This document shows, one piece after another, positions 58,012-64,000 of a stretch of DNA of 64,000 nucleotides (within the stretch, counting starts at the first letter, position 1; each line of letters opens with the position of its first letter). The position numbers were made by a program, and so were the translations under genes. The DNA lies in the NCBI GenBank assembly GCA_051313645.2, contig JBNRSN020000009.1, positions 83,452,001 through 83,516,000 on the forward strand. The letters are read 5' to 3'. Under the pieces are notes generated by a model. It saw only the letters and a program-made list of their open reading frames with translations, had not been told where the DNA came from and searched no databases. The stretch comes from Centroscyllium fabricii. Taxonomy: Eukaryota.

Positions 58012-59524
58012 TGATAATAAAAATAGCATTCACAGACTTCTTTTTGTAGCTACATATACATTGTGATCTGTTTCGGGGGGGGGGGAAGAAGCTATACGGA
58101 TATATTAACATCTACTTACTATACTTTACTACACTAAAGCTATGTATATAGCCACATGGGTCAAGCTACGAACAATGTAATATTTATATATGCATAGTGT
58201 TTTATAAAAAGATTTGCCCATATATTGCTTTCAATCTACATAGCGGAACATTAGGTCTATAGCACATTGCAATAATTAATGCTTAAAGAACACACACTGC
58301 ATACAAGTGTTTTATAATATACAGGCAAATTCACCATCAAGAAATAGAATTTCAAAACCAACAAAAACTTAATAATTACTGATATAGTATTCCTTTTGAA
58401 AACAGTTTTATATACCTGAATCATTTTACTTTAAAATATGTCCCATAAATCAGTTTGTTCCATTTCCGAAATATAAACACGATCACATTCCTCACAACTA
58501 GCTTTGCCATAGTTTTACTCTTTTTACAAGAAAGGCAACATTTTCCAACAGGCTCTATTAATTACAATTTAAACTTTGTACACAAGATGGTTAGTCATAC
58601 ATTTGTACAGTACCATGGCAACAACAGTGATAAAACTTGCAATGCTTACTTAGTGTTGTAATGGAAATGTGAACAGTATACATATACACACTGAAGCACT
58701 GAAAGCAGTTCACTTAGTGGTTCAACAGTAATGAAGAGCATCTTCATGGCTCAACTAGGCAGTTTCTCCTCTCATTTTTCAAGCAGTGCCACAGCAGACC
58801 TTCACCACACAGTCCCCTTTTGCAATTGGCTTAGAAATTATCAAATGAACCTACATTACCATTCCACTTCTAATTCTGAATAAACCACCTGTTTACAATT
58901 GATGCTAAAGTCTGCACAATCTTTTTTAGCCATTTTTCTATTGGTCTAAACACACTCTCTCCTTGATAAGTATATCAGCATCATGAGTCTTATTACTCCA
59001 GTTTAGAAGCTTGCTCTTTTGTGTTATCTGGTCAGCAACTCACCAGTTTAAATACCATACCCATCAATTTTTAGATGTTTTGGAAAGCCTCCAAACTTTT
59101 TGTGTGATGTAGAAAAATACTTAGTATTAAAACGGCATAGTGTTTCGACAAAGTGCAATTATTTTGTGCTAATGTCGTCTTGTTTCATTAGTATGTTGGA
59201 GACACCCCAAGAACTAACAAAATATCTGGCAAGTTATCTAAAATCAATAATACAATTAAGGCTTACATTTGACATGTAATTTCAATACTATTTTCCTTTT
59301 GAGCGATCCCTAGCTTGTGTTGGGTCAGGCACATTTTACTGTTAACATTTTCCTGACATATATACAGTGTCATTTTTGTTTGTATTCTGTGTTTTTTTTT
59401 TACATCAGTAGGCCTCAAAAGTCTTTTCAAGCTGACAAACTCTGATCAACTTTTGGGTCTTTTCAGAGAACCTATGTTGTCTTTTTTAGACAGAACTTGA
59501 CTTGTCCAGTGCATAATCCTTCAT

Positions 59525-60255
59525 TCAGATGCTGAGATCAGTGCTGCATTCTCGAACAGCCTTCCTTCTAGGCTGTGGGGATTGCCTAGAACCTCTGGTA
59601 AAATCATTTTTCTCCGTGTTATGTTCATCCCTGTGCCTCGATCTTTCATCACCTTTGCTTCTTTTTTCAGGTGATCTGTCTCTTTTTGTGTCTAGTGACC
59701 TGTGTCTCCTTCTATCAGGTGACCGCTCTCTTCTTCTTTCAACTGCCGCTTCTTTCTTTCTGTAAGGTGACCTTTCCCTCCTCCTATCAGGTAAATCTTC
59801 CCATCTCCCTTCGGGTGACCTTTTTCTCCTTTCAGATGGTCCCTCCTTGTATCTGCCAAGAGATCTTTCATTCCGTTCCATATTTTGACCGGTCATCCTT
59901 GATATTTCCCTACCTCGTTCAGGAGATCTTTGCTGGTATCCATTCTCTGCCTTCCTTTCTTGACGTTGTTTCCTATCAGGTGATCTGTCCTTCCTCCTTC
60001 CAGGTACATTTTCTTTTCTTTTGGAAGTACCATTCCAGGTCGTAGTGTGGTGTTCATTGGTTGGTCTGCTGTGTTCTTTTCTGCCTTTTGGCTCTTCTTG
60101 TTCACTAATCCTCCTTTCCCTGTGCTGTGATGATTTGTGAAATTCTGGTGGATAACTGGATTCCAGTGATGGATGAGGTCGTCTTTCTGATAAGTATTTC
60201 ACTTCCGGTACATTTTGTGAACCTGTTGTGGAACTGCCCCTGTCATTGTTTGGGT
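59525..60255 (-). CDS. MAGI1: Last coding exon of MAGI1 (long, Arg/Ser-rich C-terminal isoform)
   Basis: HPSLESSYPP, NEHH..TWNGTS, RRRERSP repeats and terminal ECSTDLSI* match the recalled MAGI1 C-terminus. Phase-1 acceptor TCTTTCTTTTATCTTTCAG|AC. Confidence 0.9.
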
Positions 60256-62825
60256 CTGAAAGATAAAAGAAAGATAATTTGGTTCAAATATTGGTAAGAG
60301 TAAAACCTTTTAACGTGGTCCATGTTGAAAAAGTACCCCCTCAATTGTTCTGTTATCACTAACATCCTTTAAACTATTCCCCCAGAAGAATTTTATGTGT
60401 GACCTCTCATTGTAAATAATCATTTGTTAATTAACTGTAGGTATTTTATTAAATAAATAACCTGAAATTGATTGCAATTTGTCATTTAATATTTTAAATT
60501 CTGTAAATATTTCATAATTTTAATGCATTATGTGCTCATCAGTGTAAAGAATATTGCTGCATAGATTGCATAAAAACATTGGTTAAAGGAACTTTTTTTT
60601 TGCACAGCGTTATCAAGTAGTTCCACATTAAGCATAGCACAAAATGGATGATGATGAAAGCTCTATCAATTTTGCCCTGAAATTACACTTTGGGATACTA
60701 GGCTGTTGATGATTAGCACTTTCACCTCAAGTTCCTCTCTCCACTATTTTAGTAAACGGGTTAAATTTTCAAGTCACAGAGAGAGGAATTTCAGATGAAT
60801 GCACATCCCACAATGTCATTTCAAGGGCAATGCATCTTAACGTTAACCTCAAAAGAGCACGATCTACTACACAAGCATGATATTTCAAGAACATGGTAAT
60901 CTAAGCTTATATGCATACAAAGGATTTTGTACAGGATTTAGTGGCTGCCTCAATTAAAATTACTTTTGGCACAGTCATTTTCAATTTAAACTTTAACACA
61001 CCAGTATGTGTTATTATGAATGTGATACTTGGAATGTAAAAAAAGTTTGGAATTCCTACATCATTCCCATGGATTGCAACTGATTTACACAGCAACCTTA
61101 TTTAAATAGTAATTTGTAAAAGACTGACCCTATCTTGCTTTTTAAATTACTCAGACCTTGAGAATTGAGTGTCTCCTGGATTCTCTATAACATAGAACCC
61201 TAACTTCAAAGTGCAGCTAACTAAGTGGAACGTTACACACAAAACCCGTTGATGAATAAGTTTCCAGTGGAACAGCAGTCAGTGTCATGGTCACTGAATA
61301 CTTACACTTGCTAAAATACTAAATCAGCACCTACAGTATGATGGCAGCATTTACCTGAGGCATAAACAAATCCTCAAATGACATATAGCTATTTTAAGCA
61401 ACAAAAATAATTAATTTCCAATAAGTAAACCTTTTAAAGTCAGAAATGATGGCAATCAAGCACTTGGCTCCCAACAGGAAAGTTGCATTTGCATCATCTG
61501 CCTGTTTAGATAGAATGCCACATGGAGGCAGAGTGGTGCAGTTACAGGTGTTTGCTGTCCAGGAATTTACTAATCAATTGCAATACCAATTTCTGTCAAG
61601 CAGTAATGTTTTAAGGCAGTAATGCATCTCGGGTTCATAATAAACCACAACCTTCGATCTTGCAGTTTATGATGTAATTGGAATCCTACAATGTGTTGCT
61701 GCCTTGCAGCACATTATAATTTATATCAGATAATGAATTTTCTGATAATCCATGATGGGGGGAAATAGCAATACATAAGGTCAGCCATTACACCTCAAGG
61801 TCCTACATTATGAAATCAATAACACTTTTTGACCTATATCATGAGGCATTACTTTTATCTTCAAACATCATTAGCAAGAGTAAGAAACTATTTTAAATGA
61901 AAACTCAATATCTGGCATGTACTATAAATTATAACATACGTAAAGTGAATTTAAAATGTATCCCAACCTTACGGTCCAGACAAAAAAAGAACTGCTCAAA
62001 TTTAACTCTCATGTCTAGTGACATCTGAAATCCTTGACTGGATAACCATTTTATAATTTACCTAGAGATATCCACTCTCTTCTACAATATATATTTGGTA
62101 GAAATACTTCAATATAATCAAGTACAGGTTAGTTTTTCTGTAACCATGTAGTAAGATGTCATGAACACTAAATAGTTCTGTTAACATTATGCGTCATGAT
62201 CTTCACCTTCTAGCATAAGCCAGAATAGCAACACAAAACTACAAATAAGTTGACAAAAGGACCAATTAGAGAAATAGTGGAACATACTCTACTATACAAA
62301 TACTAGCACACATTCTAAATCACATTCTGAAATTAGACCCTCCTGTCTGTTATCTAAACCATGGGTTCAATAGATTTTCAAAACCCACTTGAGCTTCACT
62401 CTCTCGATTTAGTGTACCTGAACTCCTTGACCATGTTACAGCCTTGTGATCGCTCCCTACTGGGTTTTCAGTTGCATGAATGGCAGCAAACAATTTAAAA
62501 ATTCCCTTCAGATTTGTGGATTTTTTTTTAAAACCAGTCAAGGGCAGTATGTACAATAATGGCAACTGTTACTGACTCCACTGCTGTTCCTATTCCATAC
62601 AGGAAACTGGTTTAGAAAAAAATATTGGTGATCAATTTCTTACTGTCCTCGAATGCCAGAGGCAGTGTGCATGTCTACTCAAAATGTAAAACAAGTCCCA
62701 CAACATAGCAACTACCAGGTGAAAGGTCATGTCTGCAACTCTACAAATGGAAGGAAAGGTGACATGGAACTCTTCCCTTTCTGTGTTATTGCGCTACAAG
62801 TGCAAATGAAAGAACAATGGTATAT

Positions 62826-63998
62826 ACGGTGGCATAGTGGTTAGCACTGTTGCCTCACAGCACTGGAGACCCGGGTTCAAATCCGGCCTCGGGTACTATC
62901 TGTGTGGAGTTTGCGCATTCTCCCCGTGTCTGCGTGGGTTTCCTCCGGGTGCTCCGGTTTCCTCCCACAGTCCAAAGATGTGCGGGTTAAGGCCCTGTCA
63001 CACCTTGACATTTTAGCCAGCGTATGCAAATTTGGCGAAAACGCTGGTTTACGTCGGATACGTTATGGGTAAGTTTTGTGTACGTTAAGAGCACGCTGGC
63101 ATACGCTGGCCATAAGTTGCATACGTCGTTGTACTCCGAGTAAGTCGAGAAATTTTGAGCATGCACAAAATTTCTCGACGTATCCAGCGTATGACTCACA
63201 CGTTCCGCATACGCTGGCCATAAGTTGTAGGCATGTTAGGCGATCGTTGACACACGTCGACACACGTTACTTGTAAGTTAGTCATAAGTCAAAATACGTC
63301 GAGATAATGTCTAGCGTACCCGGAACTTATTTCTAACCTATGAGTAACGTGCTTTGAACCTATGTGTAACGTATCTCCAACGCATATTGACGTATGTGAC
63401 GTCTTCCGGACGACCACAGAACTTATGCCCCTGTCACACCTTGACGATTTAGCTAGCGTATGCCGATGTATCAAAATTTATCTAAAACGTCGGCGATACG
63501 CTGCCGCGCGCTATGCATAAGTTAGACTATCGTTGGGCATAAGTTGTGAACGCCGACAACACGCTAAGCATTCGTTGGTATAAGTTATCTGTAAGTTATC
63601 GATACGTTCTGTGTACGTTACTAATACGTTATGCATACGTCCAACTTGTTATGAATACGCTATTATACGCCCAAAACTGAAAAAAACATCGATAGTTCAG
63701 CGAACGCCAGCGTTTTAGCCAAATTTGCATACGCTGGCTAAAACGTCAAGGTGTGACAGGGCCTTTAGGTTGATTGGCCAGGATAAATTGACCCTTAGTG
63801 TTAGGGGGATTGAATATGTGGGGTTACGGGGATAGGGTGGGATATGTGTCGGTGCAGGCTCGATAGGGATCGAGGGATATGGGGCGAGGGCAGGGGCGGG
63901 GTACTGGATTTGGATGATCAGCCATGATCTCATTGAATGGCGGAGCAGGCTCGAAGGGCCGAATGGCCTACTCCTGCTCCTATCTTCTATGTTTCTAT
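62826..63998 (+). mobile_element. V-domain SINE (HE1-like) with long CR1 tail, split by a DNA transposon
   Basis: A box TGGCATAGTGG, B box GGTTCAAATCC and V domain; resumes at 63765 TTAGGTTGATTGG; ends TTCTATGTTTCTAT. Confidence 0.9.
62990..63764. mobile_element. Non-autonomous PIF/Harbinger element (775 bp)
   Basis: TIRs of about 55 bp starting AGGCCCTGTCACACCTTGAC; TSD TTA (62987-62989, 63765-63767); CpG-rich, consistent with a recent insertion. Confidence 0.88.
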
Positions 63999-64000
63999 AT

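Noticed and set aside
62826-62900. tRNA gene
   Set aside because: A and B boxes belong to the SINE head; same for 114-190.

Overview
Eukaryotic, repeat-rich vertebrate DNA. The HE1/V-type and Deu-type SINEs point to a cartilaginous fish (shark). The window lies just downstream of the host gene MAGI1, whose last coding exon and 3'UTR are at about 57985-60255 on the minus strand. Almost all long ORFs belong to LTR retroelements: (i) an intact CsRn1-like Gypsy (16815-21272, minus); (ii) a young, env-less, retrovirus-like element with dual RNase H and 1.7-kb LTRs (22360-33260, minus); (iii) an 18.8-kb nest (33756-52583) of five co-oriented Mag-like Gypsy elements (A-E) plus one CsRn1-like fragment (F), resolved through target-site duplications. 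The best candidate for a novel system is in the Mag-like elements. All four that retain a 5' LTR lack a tRNA primer-binding site. Instead, 1 nt after the LTR, each carries a perfect 13-nt reverse complement of its own LTR poly(A)-signal region, with compensatory changes between elements. This suggests tRNA-independent self-priming or occlusion of the 5' poly(A) signal, and it co-occurs with a YLDN RT active site. Also present: a Penelope-like palindrome with a minimal hammerhead ribozyme motif, SINE tail swapping, several solo LTRs, MITEs and a Harbinger Myb/SANT gene fragment. Family names are from motif recognition by eye; no searches were run.
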